64,000 nt of DNA, taken from NCBI GenBank assembly GCA_038205015.1, contig JBBRCK010000004.1, positions 4,620-68,619 of the forward strand, read 5' to 3'. A program made the position numbers and the translations under genes. A model generated the notes under the pieces. The model was not told where the DNA came from. It ran no database searches and saw nothing but the letters and a program-made list of their open reading frames with translations. The stretch comes from Candidatus Levyibacteriota bacterium. GTDB taxonomy: Bacteria; Patescibacteriota; Microgenomatia; Levybacterales; UBA12049. Within the stretch, counting starts at the first letter, position 1. Each line of letters opens with the position of its first letter. Below are positions 52,508 through 62,145 of this stretch, piece after piece.

Positions 52508-53952
52508 TCTTTAGTACCTCTTAAATAAATTGCCTGCCATGGTCTATAATTTGAAACAAATTTATCGGATATTATAACTTTATTATTTTGTGTGACAGTG
52601 CGGGTAAAATAAACATCTGCTCCCCAGGCCGCAAAATCTGTTTGTTTAATTTCTCCCTTAGGGAGCGTTGGGTCGTCTTGATAAAGATCTGGTGGAGGCG
52701 GGGCTTGATTAGTCACGACCGGTTCTGTCATGGTAACTTGTCTTCCATCCTTTGTACCGTAAAAATAAAAAGCTAAGGAAAGATTATCTAAATCAATTTG
52801 ACTTTGGACCAAGATGTAATGATTTGTATCGTTTTTAAATTTTAAATCAACACTTGGAACAAAAACAGTTGCATCAATTCCTGGAGCAGAATTTTCTTCA
52901 TAGTAACCAACTCTGTATGCGTGAGCGTTTCTTTCAATAACAGGTAGTCCTGCATCAAGAATTGCTCTGAAAAATGTAGTTGAAACCTGACAAACACCTC
53001 CACCATCTCCTAGAACTGTTTTACCGTCTTGAATTACATAAGCTTGTTTATACCCCGTAAAAGCAGATACATCGCCCAGCGCTTTATCAAATGAAAATGT
53101 TTCTCCTGGAGCAATCAGTACTCCATTTATTCTGGATGTGGCAAGATTTACGTTGTAAATTCTTCCCGGAATTGAATGATAAAATTGAGAATGGCCCTCG
53201 CCGAGTAGCTCTTTTATTCCAAGGTTGTTTACTTTTTCGGTAGTAATATTAGGATCAAGTATTTTTATCGGAATATCGATGACAACAATTGTATTAGCAT
53301 TGTTAGAAGTGGTAACTTTTAAGGCCTGAGAAATTATTTTTTTATTTAAAGCATCCATGTCTATTACTTGTCCTTGGCTTGACGGTCTAAAGGTAGTTAC
53401 CCTATTGTTTTCAAATTGAAAAAGCGCATCAGTTGGTTTTTTATCAATTTTTAGAGCAATTGGATTTATTAATTCGCTTAATTTACTTTGATCATAAGCG
53501 TAGGATGGGGAAAGGTAAATTCCCGAAAAGTATGCTTGTATTAAAAGATTAAAGTTTGAAAGCAAAGATCTGGATCGTCCAATGCTGTACGCTTGTTCGC
53601 CGGAAAGTTTGCTGTCGTAACCAAAATTTATTTGTTTTGAAGACATAGTGGCAATTTCACTGCCATAAATAAAAGTAAAAGAAGTATTACCAAAGATTGA
53701 ATTTTTGTAGATAAAAAAATTCTCAACTTCTTGTTTAGTTTTTCCTCCAAAATTGATGTTGTTTACGTAGATTCCCGGGAATACTTTGTTTTCATTAAGC
53801 TTCTCGTACGCAAAAAATCCAAAGGAAGTAATCAAAATTAATGAGAGGATAGCTCCAAATAAAAACCAAAATAAGATTCTAGAAGCGCGAATTATTTTTT
53901 TCTTAAGCTTGTAATTAAAAATTAATTTAAGCCTATTAAGATTTATCTTCAT
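52504..53952 (-). CDS. VanW family protein with N-terminal TM and PG-binding-like region
   Basis: GGGVCQVSTT, GIDATV, DLKFKNDT. Confidence 0.92.
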   Translation of the reverse strand: MKINLNRLKLIFNYKLKKKIIRASRILFWFLFGAILSLILITSFGFFAYEKLNENKVFPGIYVNNINFGGKTKQEVENFFIYKNSIFGNTSFTFIYGSEIATMSSKQINFGYDSKLSGEQAYSIGRSRSLLSNFNLLIQAYFSGIYLSPSYAYDQSKLSELINPIALKIDKKPTDALFQFENNRVTTFRPSSQGQVIDMDALNKKIISQALKVTTSNNANTIVVIDIPIKILDPNITTEKVNNLGIKELLGEGHSQFYHSIPGRIYNVNLATSRINGVLIAPGETFSFDKALGDVSAFTGYKQAYVIQDGKTVLGDGGGVCQVSTTFFRAILDAGLPVIERNAHAYRVGYYEENSAPGIDATVFVPSVDLKFKNDTNHYILVQSQIDLDNLSLAFYFYGTKDGRQVTMTEPVVTNQAPPPPDLYQDDPTLPKGEIKQTDFAAWGADVYFTRTVTQNNKVIISDKFVSNYRPWQAIYLRGTKE

Positions 53953-53991
53953 TGTTATGTTTTCTATTTGGTATTATACTATAAATTAGCT

Positions 53992-55458
53992 ATGAATAAT
54001 GATCAGCCAGTATTTAATTCTAATCAGCCTCAGCCTTTATCGCAGCCTCAAGTTCAAGTCCAGCAGGCAAACCCACCGATTGCTCAAGTGCCAGTTATAA
54101 ATCAGCAGCAAAAACCGATAATTAGTCAGCCTGTTGGGGGTAGCGGAAAGGGATCTAAATTTAAAAAAATATTTAAAATATTAATTGTTTTATTGGTTAC
54201 ATTTGGATTTATCGGGTTAATGATGTTTGCATTATCAATTTTTCCTAAAAACTCATCGTCAACCGCCGGCAATGGGCAGGTTAAATTAACTTATTGGGGA
54301 CTCTTGGAAGATCCCAGTGTTATGCAAGGAATAATTTCAGATTTTGAAAAACAAAATCCGAAAATAACGGTTGAATATTCAAAACAGGATATTAATCAAT
54401 ACAAGCAAAGACTTGATGCCAGAATAGCTGCCGGGACCGGCCCGGATATATTTAGATTTCATAATACTTGGTATCCGATGCTTTCTAAAATTTTGCTACC
54501 TTTGCCAAATGATACTATTTCCAAAGAAGAGTTTGCAAGAAATTATTACCCCGTAGTTCAGAAGGATTTAATAAAAAACGGAGCAATTTACGGAATTCCT
54601 TTAGAAATTGATACTCTGTCTTTATTTATAAATACTGCTCTTTTTCAAACGGCAGGATTGAGTAGGCCGGTTACTTGGAACGATTTTATAAATGCGGCCA
54701 GAGTAATGACGGTAAAGGATGAGAATAAAAAAATTAAAACCGCCGGTGCAGGAATTGGCACTTATGATAATGTTACCCATGCGCCGGATATCCTATCTTT
54801 ATTGTTTTTACAAAATGGCGTAGATTTTAAAAACATTACCGCATCTTCTGATAGGATTCAAGGTGCGTTTAATTTTTATACTTCTTTTGCAAAAGATGAA
54901 AGCGCTGTTTGGGATAATACTTTAGATCCAACAATTCTTGCATTTTCAAAAGGAAATTTAGGGATGTTTTTTGGTTATTCATGGGATTTTTATACAATTA
55001 AGCAGTTTAATCCAAATCTTAATTTTCAGATAGTTCCCGTTCCTCAACTTCCAAATCAAAATGTTACTTTGGCGAGTTATTGGGCAGAAGGTGTTTCGGC
55101 AAGGAGCAAGAATCAGAAAGAAGCTCTTCTATTTATGAAATATCTTGCCAGAAAAGATATTGCCCAAAGATTATACGCAGAGGAATCAAAAACAAGATTA
55201 TTTGGTGAACCATATGCAAGAATTGATTTAGCAGATAATTTAAAAGATAATCCAAATGCCTATACTTTTGTTTCTCAAGCTCCCGATGCACAATCTTCTT
55301 TTTTTGTTGATAGTACAAACGATAGTGGATTAAACCAGCAACTTAATACTTATTTGGGTCAGGCGATTAATTCTATTTTAAATAATGGTTCAGTTGAAAG
55401 CGAATTTGATAATTTCTCTAAAGGTATTTTACCGGTACTTGGGCAGTACGGAGAATAG
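53992..55458 (+). CDS. Membrane-anchored extracellular solute-binding protein (sugar ABC family 1-like)
   Basis: LTYWG, GPDIF, IYGIPLEIDTLSLFIN; Q/P-rich N-terminus plus TM. Confidence 0.88.
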   Translation: MNNDQPVFNSNQPQPLSQPQVQVQQANPPIAQVPVINQQQKPIISQPVGGSGKGSKFKKIFKILIVLLVTFGFIGLMMFALSIFPKNSSSTAGNGQVKLTYWGLLEDPSVMQGIISDFEKQNPKITVEYSKQDINQYKQRLDARIAAGTGPDIFRFHNTWYPMLSKILLPLPNDTISKEEFARNYYPVVQKDLIKNGAIYGIPLEIDTLSLFINTALFQTAGLSRPVTWNDFINAARVMTVKDENKKIKTAGAGIGTYDNVTHAPDILSLLFLQNGVDFKNITASSDRIQGAFNFYTSFAKDESAVWDNTLDPTILAFSKGNLGMFFGYSWDFYTIKQFNPNLNFQIVPVPQLPNQNVTLASYWAEGVSARSKNQKEALLFMKYLARKDIAQRLYAEESKTRLFGEPYARIDLADNLKDNPNAYTFVSQAPDAQSSFFVDSTNDSGLNQQLNTYLGQAINSILNNGSVESEFDNFSKGILPVLGQYGE

Positions 55459-55498
55459 CTTAAGTAAATTTAGTCCCCTATTTTACTACTAGAGGCCA

Positions 55499-55597
55499 TT
55501 GACAAAAAATTTATAATAATCTATCATTCTTAAAGTTAATTTATAGTATTTATTCAATTATTCCCTCTAAGTTTAACTATTGGAGGGAATTTATTTT
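55499..55597 (+). promoter_or_regulatory. greA promoter and leader terminator-like hairpin
   Basis: TTGACA-N17-TATCAT; ATTCCCTCTAA/TTGGAGGGAAT then TTATTTT. Confidence 0.6.
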
Positions 55598-55612
55598 AAC
55601 TAAATCGAAATT

Positions 55613-56086
55613 ATGGATAGTAAAAAAATATATTTAACAAAAGAAGGATTAGAAGAATTAAAAAAAGAATTCGACGAACTCACAAAAAATAAAAGGCCTG
55701 ATGTGTTGGAACGAGTATCTCAAGCAAGAAGCATGGGAGACTTATCCGAAAACGCAGAATATGTTGCGGCAAGGGAAGAATTGTCTTTTATTGACGGGCG
55801 AATAGATGAATTAGAAGAACTTATAAAACAAGCAGTTCTTATCGAAGAAGCTCATTCTAAAGGACAATCTCAGGTAGTTGGATTAGGCTCAACGGTAACG
55901 GTTCATCTAAAAGGAAAAAAAGAGATATTTATGGTTGTTGGCGAATGGGAAGCAGATCCACACGAGAAAAAAATTTCGCATGAATCTCCCCTTGGCAAAG
56001 CTTTGCTTGGTAAAAAGGTCGGAGAAACAGTTGAAGTAGAGGCCCCGGCGGGAAAAGTAGTTTACACGATTGTTTCTTTAAGTTAA
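55613..56086 (+). CDS. greA: Transcription elongation factor GreA
   Basis: GDLSENAEY, ISHESPLGKALLG. Confidence 0.98.
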   Translation: MDSKKIYLTKEGLEELKKEFDELTKNKRPDVLERVSQARSMGDLSENAEYVAAREELSFIDGRIDELEELIKQAVLIEEAHSKGQSQVVGLGSTVTVHLKGKKEIFMVVGEWEADPHEKKISHESPLGKALLGKKVGETVEVEAPAGKVVYTIVSLS

Positions 56087-56096
56087 AATAAGAGGC

Positions 56097-57293
56097 ATGC
56101 CCCAACAAGATTTCTATAAAAAACTCGAATCAGCAGTTTCTTCAGGTAAATCTCCATACGTTATTGAATCAGGAGAAGGCGCCTATCTAAAAATCAACGG
56201 AGTAGATAAACTTAATTTTTGCTCAAGTCATTATTTAGGATTGGCCGAAGACCAAAGACTTAAAGACTCAGTTCGCGATGCCGTTCAAAAATTCGGTGTT
56301 GGCACAGGTTATAGAACTTTGGCCGGGACACATGTTCTTCACCTGCGGCTTGAAGATGCAATTGCTAAATTTAAAGGAACAGAGGCAGCAGTTGTTTTTA
56401 CCAGCGCTTATATGGCAAATGCGGCTGCAATTCAAACCATTATTGGAAAAGAAGATATTGTAATTTCGGATGAATTAAATCATGCATCAATTATTGATGC
56501 GGTTAGGTTAAGCGGTGTAAAAAATAAACTCATTTACAAACATACAGATGCTTTGGATTTGGAAGAAAAACTAAAAGAAGCCTTGGAAATTAAAAAAACT
56601 CCAAAAGCCAACGGAGAAGTGCCTTTAATTTTAATTATTACAGATGGAGTTTTTTCTATGGACGGGGATTTAGCACCTCTTCCTCAAATTTATGAACTCG
56701 CTCAAAAATACGGCGCTTTGACAATGGTTGATGATGCTCATGGTGAAGGAGTATTGGGAAACGGCGGACGGGGAATAGTTGATCATTTTGGTTTGGTTGG
56801 AAAGATTGACATAGAAGTTGGAAGTTTGTCAAAAGCGTTTTCTGTAATAGGTGGATTTATCGCAGGAAATAAAACTTTAATTAACTACTATAATTTAAAG
56901 GCAAGACAAAGACTTTTTTCAATTGCCCTTACAATTCCGGATACTGCTGCCGCTCTTGAGGCTATAAATATACTTTTAGAATCGGATGCTCCGGTTAAAA
57001 AGCTTTGGGAAAACGTTGACTATCTTAAGGAAGAATTTAAAAAATTAGGCTTTGATATAGGAAATTCTCAGTCTCCAATTATTCCAATTATGATAGGAGA
57101 CGAAGAAAAAGCAAAAGAGTTTAGTACTAAATTATTTGAAGAAAATATTTTTGCAACCCCAATTGTATTCCCAATGGTTTCTAAAGGAAAGGCCAGAATA
57201 AGAGTGATTCCATCGGCTTCTCATTCAAAAGAAGACCTTAATAAAGGAATAGAAGCTTTCAAGAAAATAGGAACGGAAATGAAAATTATATGA
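56097..57293 (+). CDS. kbl: Glycine C-acetyltransferase (Kbl/BioF family, PLP)
   Basis: DELNHASIID, DGVFSMDGD, VDDAHG, GSLSKA; coupled to threonine dehydrogenase. Confidence 0.85.
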   Translation: MPQQDFYKKLESAVSSGKSPYVIESGEGAYLKINGVDKLNFCSSHYLGLAEDQRLKDSVRDAVQKFGVGTGYRTLAGTHVLHLRLEDAIAKFKGTEAAVVFTSAYMANAAAIQTIIGKEDIVISDELNHASIIDAVRLSGVKNKLIYKHTDALDLEEKLKEALEIKKTPKANGEVPLILIITDGVFSMDGDLAPLPQIYELAQKYGALTMVDDAHGEGVLGNGGRGIVDHFGLVGKIDIEVGSLSKAFSVIGGFIAGNKTLINYYNLKARQRLFSIALTIPDTAAALEAINILLESDAPVKKLWENVDYLKEEFKKLGFDIGNSQSPIIPIMIGDEEKAKEFSTKLFEENIFATPIVFPMVSKGKARIRVIPSASHSKEDLNKGIEAFKKIGTEMKII

Positions 57294-58231
57294 GTAAAAA
57301 AATTTTAGTAACCGGAGCATTTGGGCAGATAGGATCAGAACTTGTTCCTGCTCTTCAGAAAGAATTTGGAAAAGAAAATGTTGTTGCAATGGGTCATTCT
57401 AATGTTTCTGAGAATTTTGACGGAATTTTAGAAAAAGCCGATGCAAGAGATAAGGAAGCAGTTTCCAAGATAATTAAAAAATACGATATTGACACTGTTT
57501 ATCATTTAGTTTCTTTACTTTCCGCAAAAGGTGAAGTTGATCCAAATGTAACGTGGGATATAAACATGACCGGGCTTAAAAATATACTTGATTTAGGAGT
57601 TGAATTTAATCTTAAAGTATTTTGGCCCAGTTCAATTGCTGCTTTCGGCCCAACAACGCCAAGGGAAGAAACACCCCAACATACAGTGCTTGAGCCAACT
57701 ACGATGTATGGGGTAACAAAATCTGCGGGAGAAGGGCTTTGCCGTTATTATCATAAAAAATACGGTTTAGATGTAAGATCTGTTCGCTATCCTGGTATTA
57801 TCTCTTGGAAAACTCCGCCAGGTGGCGGTACATCCGATTATGCAGTTGCAATTTTTTACGATGGAATTAAAACCGGCAAATATGAATGTTTTGTAAGAGA
57901 AGATACAAAACTTCCTATGATGTATATAGATGATGCGATTAAAGCGACAATTGATTTGATGAAAGCCGATTTAAAAAATATAGAAGATTGGAATAGTTAT
58001 AATATTGCCGCAATAAGTTTTGAAGTAAGCCAGTTAGAAAAGGAATTAAAAAAATATATCCCCAATTTAGTTGTGACTTTTAATCCTGATCACAGACAAA
58101 AGATTGCCGATTCATGGCCAAAATCAATTAGTGACGAAAGCGCAAGGAATGATTGGGGTTGGAAGCATGAATATGATCTTCCTAAAATGACTAAAGTCAT
58201 GGTAGAATCCTTACGTCTAATCCTCAAATGA
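57290..58231 (+). CDS. SDR/GalE-like L-threonine 3-dehydrogenase
   Basis: GAFGQIG, LLSAKGE, PTTMYGVTK, PGGGTSDYA, RQKIADSWP. Confidence 0.88.
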   Translation: MSKKILVTGAFGQIGSELVPALQKEFGKENVVAMGHSNVSENFDGILEKADARDKEAVSKIIKKYDIDTVYHLVSLLSAKGEVDPNVTWDINMTGLKNILDLGVEFNLKVFWPSSIAAFGPTTPREETPQHTVLEPTTMYGVTKSAGEGLCRYYHKKYGLDVRSVRYPGIISWKTPPGGGTSDYAVAIFYDGIKTGKYECFVREDTKLPMMYIDDAIKATIDLMKADLKNIEDWNSYNIAAISFEVSQLEKELKKYIPNLVVTFNPDHRQKIADSWPKSISDESARNDWGWKHEYDLPKMTKVMVESLRLILK

Positions 58232-58245
58232 GCTATAATTAGCGT

Positions 58246-59751
58246 ATGTTTTGGGCCGATAAAATTGCAGAAGAAATAATAAAATCAGGCAAATATAAAC
58301 CCTATTGGGCTGATGATATGAAAACGCCCTCGGGTTTTTCTCATGTGGGATCTTTAATGGGGCCAATAATACATAGCATGATTTTTAGAGCGTTAAAAGA
58401 TGCAGGGCAAGATGCGACTTATACTTTTGTAATAAATGATTTTGATCCGGCTGACGATTTATTGCCAGAAGTAAAAGGAAAATTTGAAGGTGAGTTGGGT
58501 AAACCTCTAAAACTTGCAAGATCTCCTGACCCTAAATTTGAAAGTATGGCTGATATGTTTGGGAGTGATTTTATTAACGCAATCCAAAGTCTAGGTGTTG
58601 AAGCAGAAATTCTATCTTCATGGGAACTTTATCATCAAGGGAGATTTGACGAGGTAATTAAACTTGCTTTAGATAATGCCGAGAAAATTCAGGATATTTA
58701 TCAAAAAGTTAGCGGAAGTCAAAAAAAAGAATCCGGCTGGCTTCCTTTTCAAGTAATTTGTGAAAAATGTGGAAAGCTTGGAACTACAAAAGTCTTTGCA
58801 TGGGATGGAAAAGAAGTTTCATACAAGTGCGAACCTAATTTAGTTAAATGGGCTATTGGTTGTGGGCATGAAGGAAAAATTTCTCCCTTTAGTGGAACAG
58901 GCAAGCTTCCTTGGAAAATTGATTGGGCTGCTCATTGGAAAGTAATTGGAATTACAATTGAAGGAGCAGGTAAGGACCATGCGTCTAAAGGCGGTTCTTA
59001 TGATATAGCAATGACAATTTGTAAAGAAGTTTTTGGATACGAACAACCATTTAAGCTTCCATACGAATTTATATTAATAGGCGGTAAAAAAATGTCTTCT
59101 TCTAAGGGACTGGGAATAAAAGCTCATGATTTAATTAAAATACTTCCTCCATCTTTGGGACGTTTTCTCTTTGCAAAGTCTGATATTAAATCTCAAAGTA
59201 ATTTTGACCCGGATGGTACCAATGCAATTCCTGATCTTTTTGATGATTATCAAGAAGCAGCAAAAAGCTATTTTGCAAAAGACGATAGTGATTTAGCTAG
59301 GGCTTTTGAATTATCTCAAGTTGGCGAAATTACTAAGCCACCGGAAATTAGATTTTCAGTTTTAGCTCAATGGGTACAAATGCCAAATATGGCAGAAGAA
59401 ATAAAAAAAGAGGGTTTGGAAGATTGGGCAAGTTACGCAAGAGTTTGGGTAGAAAGATTTGCGCCAGAGAAAGATAAATTTACTGTTCAAGAAGAAATGC
59501 CAAAAGAGGCGGAAAGCCTTTCGGAAAAGCAAAAGCAGCTGCTTTTCTTACTATCAAAAGAACTGGATAAGAAATGGGATGGGGAAGAGTTTCAAGCAAA
59601 AATTTATGATTTAGGTAAAGAATTAGAATTGGGAGGAAAAGAAACGTTTGCGGCTATTTATTTATCTTTAATTGGAAAAGATCATGGGCCTAAAGCTGCT
59701 TGGCTTATTTTGTCTTTAGATAAGGATTTTGTAAAAAAAAGATTCGGTTAA
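58246..59751 (+). CDS. lysS: Lysine--tRNA ligase, class I
   Basis: MFWAD, TPSGFSHVG, GKLPWKIDW, GKDH, KMSSSKG. Confidence 0.96.
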   Translation: MFWADKIAEEIIKSGKYKPYWADDMKTPSGFSHVGSLMGPIIHSMIFRALKDAGQDATYTFVINDFDPADDLLPEVKGKFEGELGKPLKLARSPDPKFESMADMFGSDFINAIQSLGVEAEILSSWELYHQGRFDEVIKLALDNAEKIQDIYQKVSGSQKKESGWLPFQVICEKCGKLGTTKVFAWDGKEVSYKCEPNLVKWAIGCGHEGKISPFSGTGKLPWKIDWAAHWKVIGITIEGAGKDHASKGGSYDIAMTICKEVFGYEQPFKLPYEFILIGGKKMSSSKGLGIKAHDLIKILPPSLGRFLFAKSDIKSQSNFDPDGTNAIPDLFDDYQEAAKSYFAKDDSDLARAFELSQVGEITKPPEIRFSVLAQWVQMPNMAEEIKKEGLEDWASYARVWVERFAPEKDKFTVQEEMPKEAESLSEKQKQLLFLLSKELDKKWDGEEFQAKIYDLGKELELGGKETFAAIYLSLIGKDHGPKAAWLILSLDKDFVKKRFG

Positions 59752-60002
59752 ACTTCGGATTCGGCGGGTTTTTCTTCATGTATTAATTTGTGAACTTGTC
59801 TTAGTAATTTCCCATCAGGAAGGCCGCTTCGATAGCCAATAATACTGCGTGCATGAATTCCTTCTCTTTCTAATTTTTCAACATCCACAAGAAGCCTAAA
59901 TCCCGCTTCATGAGTATCTGCGCTATCGCGGTGGCGTGGTCCTAATTCGTGATCCGTAACATCCCCCTGATCTAGTCTTAATTCGTTGTCTGGAGTAATC
60001 AT
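59748..60002 (-). CDS. Hypothetical protein (orphan)
   Basis: 84 aa ORF; TTGAAA-N16-TATGAT 5 nt before ATG. Confidence 0.6.
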   Translation of the reverse strand: MITPDNELRLDQGDVTDHELGPRHRDSADTHEAGFRLLVDVEKLEREGIHARSIIGYRSGLPDGKLLRQVHKLIHEEKPAESEV

Positions 60003-60055
60003 AACGTATCATAGCACTTTAATTTATTTTTTCAAGCATGCTATAATCCTCTGGT

Positions 60056-60619
60056 ATGAACGAGCTCCTTTTTGCAACAGGAAATAAAGGTAAAGCAGAT
60101 GAAGCAAGAAAAATGCTGGGTGTATCTATTGAAATAGCTGACATTGAAATAGACGAAGTTCAAAGCATGGATTTGGAATATATTTCTAGAAAAAAAGCTC
60201 AAGCTGCGTTTGACGTTTTGAAAAGACCGGTTATAACAGATGATGTGGGACTTTTTATAGATGCTTGGAATGGTTTTCCTGGACCTTTTGCTAAATTTGT
60301 CCTTGAAACAATAGGAGTTAAAGGACTTTTGGGTCTTTTAAAAAATGAAACTAATAGAAATGTTTTGGTAAAAAGTGCAGTTTCATATCATGACGGAAAC
60401 GAAGTTCACGTTTTTATCGGAGAAGTGCAGGGTACATTGGCTACAGAATCAAGAGGAGAGGAAGGATTTGGTTTTGATCCAATTATTATCCCAAATGGAG
60501 AGACCAGAACTTACGCGGAAATGGGGCTTGATGGAAAAAACAAGCTTTCTCACAGAAGAAGAGCATTTGACAAATTAAGAGACTTCTTAGATAGTCAAGA
60601 AACGCAAAAAGAGGTATAA
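60056..60619 (+). CDS. rdgB: Non-canonical purine NTP pyrophosphatase (RdgB/HAM1)
   Basis: FATGNKGK, GFPGP, GFGFDP, KNKLSHR. Confidence 0.95.
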   Translation: MNELLFATGNKGKADEARKMLGVSIEIADIEIDEVQSMDLEYISRKKAQAAFDVLKRPVITDDVGLFIDAWNGFPGPFAKFVLETIGVKGLLGLLKNETNRNVLVKSAVSYHDGNEVHVFIGEVQGTLATESRGEEGFGFDPIIIPNGETRTYAEMGLDGKNKLSHRRRAFDKLRDFLDSQETQKEV

Positions 60620-60626
60620 TTTTATT

Positions 60627-61874
60627 ATGTTGGATATTAAATTTATCAGAGAAAATCCAGAAATTGTTGAAAAATCTGCAAAAGATAAGGGAATTGATGT
60701 TGATATAAAGCACATTTTAGAAATAGATGCTAAATTTAGAGAAATTTCTTTAAAAGTTCAAAAACTACGCGAAGAAAGAAACGCAAACTCTTCGGAAATT
60801 AAAGGCAAGCCAACTGCACAGCAGTTGACGCAAGGAAAAAATTTAAAAGTAAGTTTAGAAAAAGAAGAAGCTGTGTTAACCACTGTTGAGAACGAGCTAA
60901 ATGAAGGTCTTTTAAAAATTCCAAATCTGGCAAAGACGGATGTAAAGTTTGGAAAAAATGATACGGAAAATGATGTTATTAAAACAGTTGGAGAAATTAA
61001 AAAGTTTGATTTTAAAGCTCTTGATCACTTAGATTTGGGAGAAAAGTTGGACATTATAGACGTAAAATCAGCAGCAAAAGTTTCGGGAGCGCGCTTTGCA
61101 TATCTTAAAAACGATGGCGTACTTTTAGAATTTGCACTAATTCAATTTGGTTTGGAAACTTTAATAAAAGAGGGCTTTATTCCGGTTGTTCCGCCTGTTT
61201 TACTAACAAGAGAAACAATGAAAGCTTTGGGGTATATGGAAAATGGCGGCGAAGAGGACATGTATCATTTAGAAAAAGATGACATGTATTTAGTTGGAAC
61301 GGCAGAGCACGCTTTAGTTCCAATGCACAAGGATGAAATTTTTAATGAAAAAGATTTGCCTAAAAGATATGTCGGTTTTTCAACTGCTTTTAGAAGAGAA
61401 GCGGGAAGTTATGGTAAAGACACAAGGGGGATTTTAAGGGTTCATCAGTTTGATAAATTAGAAATGGTTTCTTTTGTAAAAGAAGGGGAAGATGATAAAG
61501 AGCATGAATATTTATTATCTCTGGAGCAAAAATTATTTGACGCACTGGAAATTCCTTATCAGGTTGTAAAAATGTGCACAGGGGATTTAGGATTTCCCGC
61601 TGCCAGAAAATACGATATTGAAGCATGGATGCCTGGACAAGATAAGTATAGGGAGGTCACATCAGTTTCTACGGTTACAGATTTTCAGTCAAGAAGATTG
61701 AATATAAAATACCAGTCAGGAAATGATAGGAAATACGTAAATATTTTAAATGGTACCGGTTTTGCAATCGGAAGAACAATCATTGCAATTATAGAAAATT
61801 ATCAAAACGAAGAAGGTTCTGTAAATGTTCCAAAAGTTTTACAAAAATATCTCGGAAAAAGTGTCATAAAATAG
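60627..61874 (+). CDS. serS: Serine--tRNA ligase
   Basis: MLDIKFIREN, GTAE, FRREAGSYG, RVHQFDK, LNGT. Confidence 0.98.
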   Translation: MLDIKFIRENPEIVEKSAKDKGIDVDIKHILEIDAKFREISLKVQKLREERNANSSEIKGKPTAQQLTQGKNLKVSLEKEEAVLTTVENELNEGLLKIPNLAKTDVKFGKNDTENDVIKTVGEIKKFDFKALDHLDLGEKLDIIDVKSAAKVSGARFAYLKNDGVLLEFALIQFGLETLIKEGFIPVVPPVLLTRETMKALGYMENGGEEDMYHLEKDDMYLVGTAEHALVPMHKDEIFNEKDLPKRYVGFSTAFRREAGSYGKDTRGILRVHQFDKLEMVSFVKEGEDDKEHEYLLSLEQKLFDALEIPYQVVKMCTGDLGFPAARKYDIEAWMPGQDKYREVTSVSTVTDFQSRRLNIKYQSGNDRKYVNILNGTGFAIGRTIIAIIENYQNEEGSVNVPKVLQKYLGKSVIK

Positions 61875-61944
61875 TAAAATTAGCCTCTGTAAAATTGCTC
61901 GTTAAATCAACCTAAACACATCAGTTTGAAGCAAAGAAAAACCC

Positions 61945-61973
61945 TTGACAATAAAAATAAAATATTACATTAT
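61945..61973 (+). promoter_or_regulatory. Sigma70-type promoter of the poly-Lys micro-ORF
   Basis: TTGACA-N17-CATTAT. Confidence 0.6.
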
Positions 61974-62035
61974 AAGATTGCTGTTTAACTTTATTTATTA
62001 AAGTTGAGCGAATTTATAAGGAGGTGATTCTGTCC

Positions 62036-62065
62036 ATGGCAAAGAAAAAGAAGAAGAAGAAATAG
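62036..62065 (+). CDS. Putative 9-aa poly-lysine micropeptide MAKKKKKKK
   Basis: Full-length SD TAAGGAGGTGA ending 9 nt before ATG; own promoter and downstream terminator. Confidence 0.6.
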   Translation: MAKKKKKKK

Positions 62066-62116
62066 TTGGTAAGTAATTTGGAACATTACCAATTATTACC
62101 AATTGATCAATTGGTG

Positions 62117-62145
62117 AATCCCCCATCTTTAGGTGGGGGATTTTT
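62117..62145 (+). terminator. Intrinsic terminator
   Basis: AATCCCCCATC-ttta-GGTGGGGGATT then TTT. Confidence 0.75.

Noticed and set aside
62036-62080. Programmed -1 frameshift from the poly-Lys ORF into secA
   Set aside because: G-AAA-AAG is not a full slippery heptamer, and the shifted frame stops within about ten codons, well before secA
62066-62115. Possible mini CRISPR array (TTACCAATT repeats)
   Set aside because: Units are under 10 nt with no spacers and no cas genes
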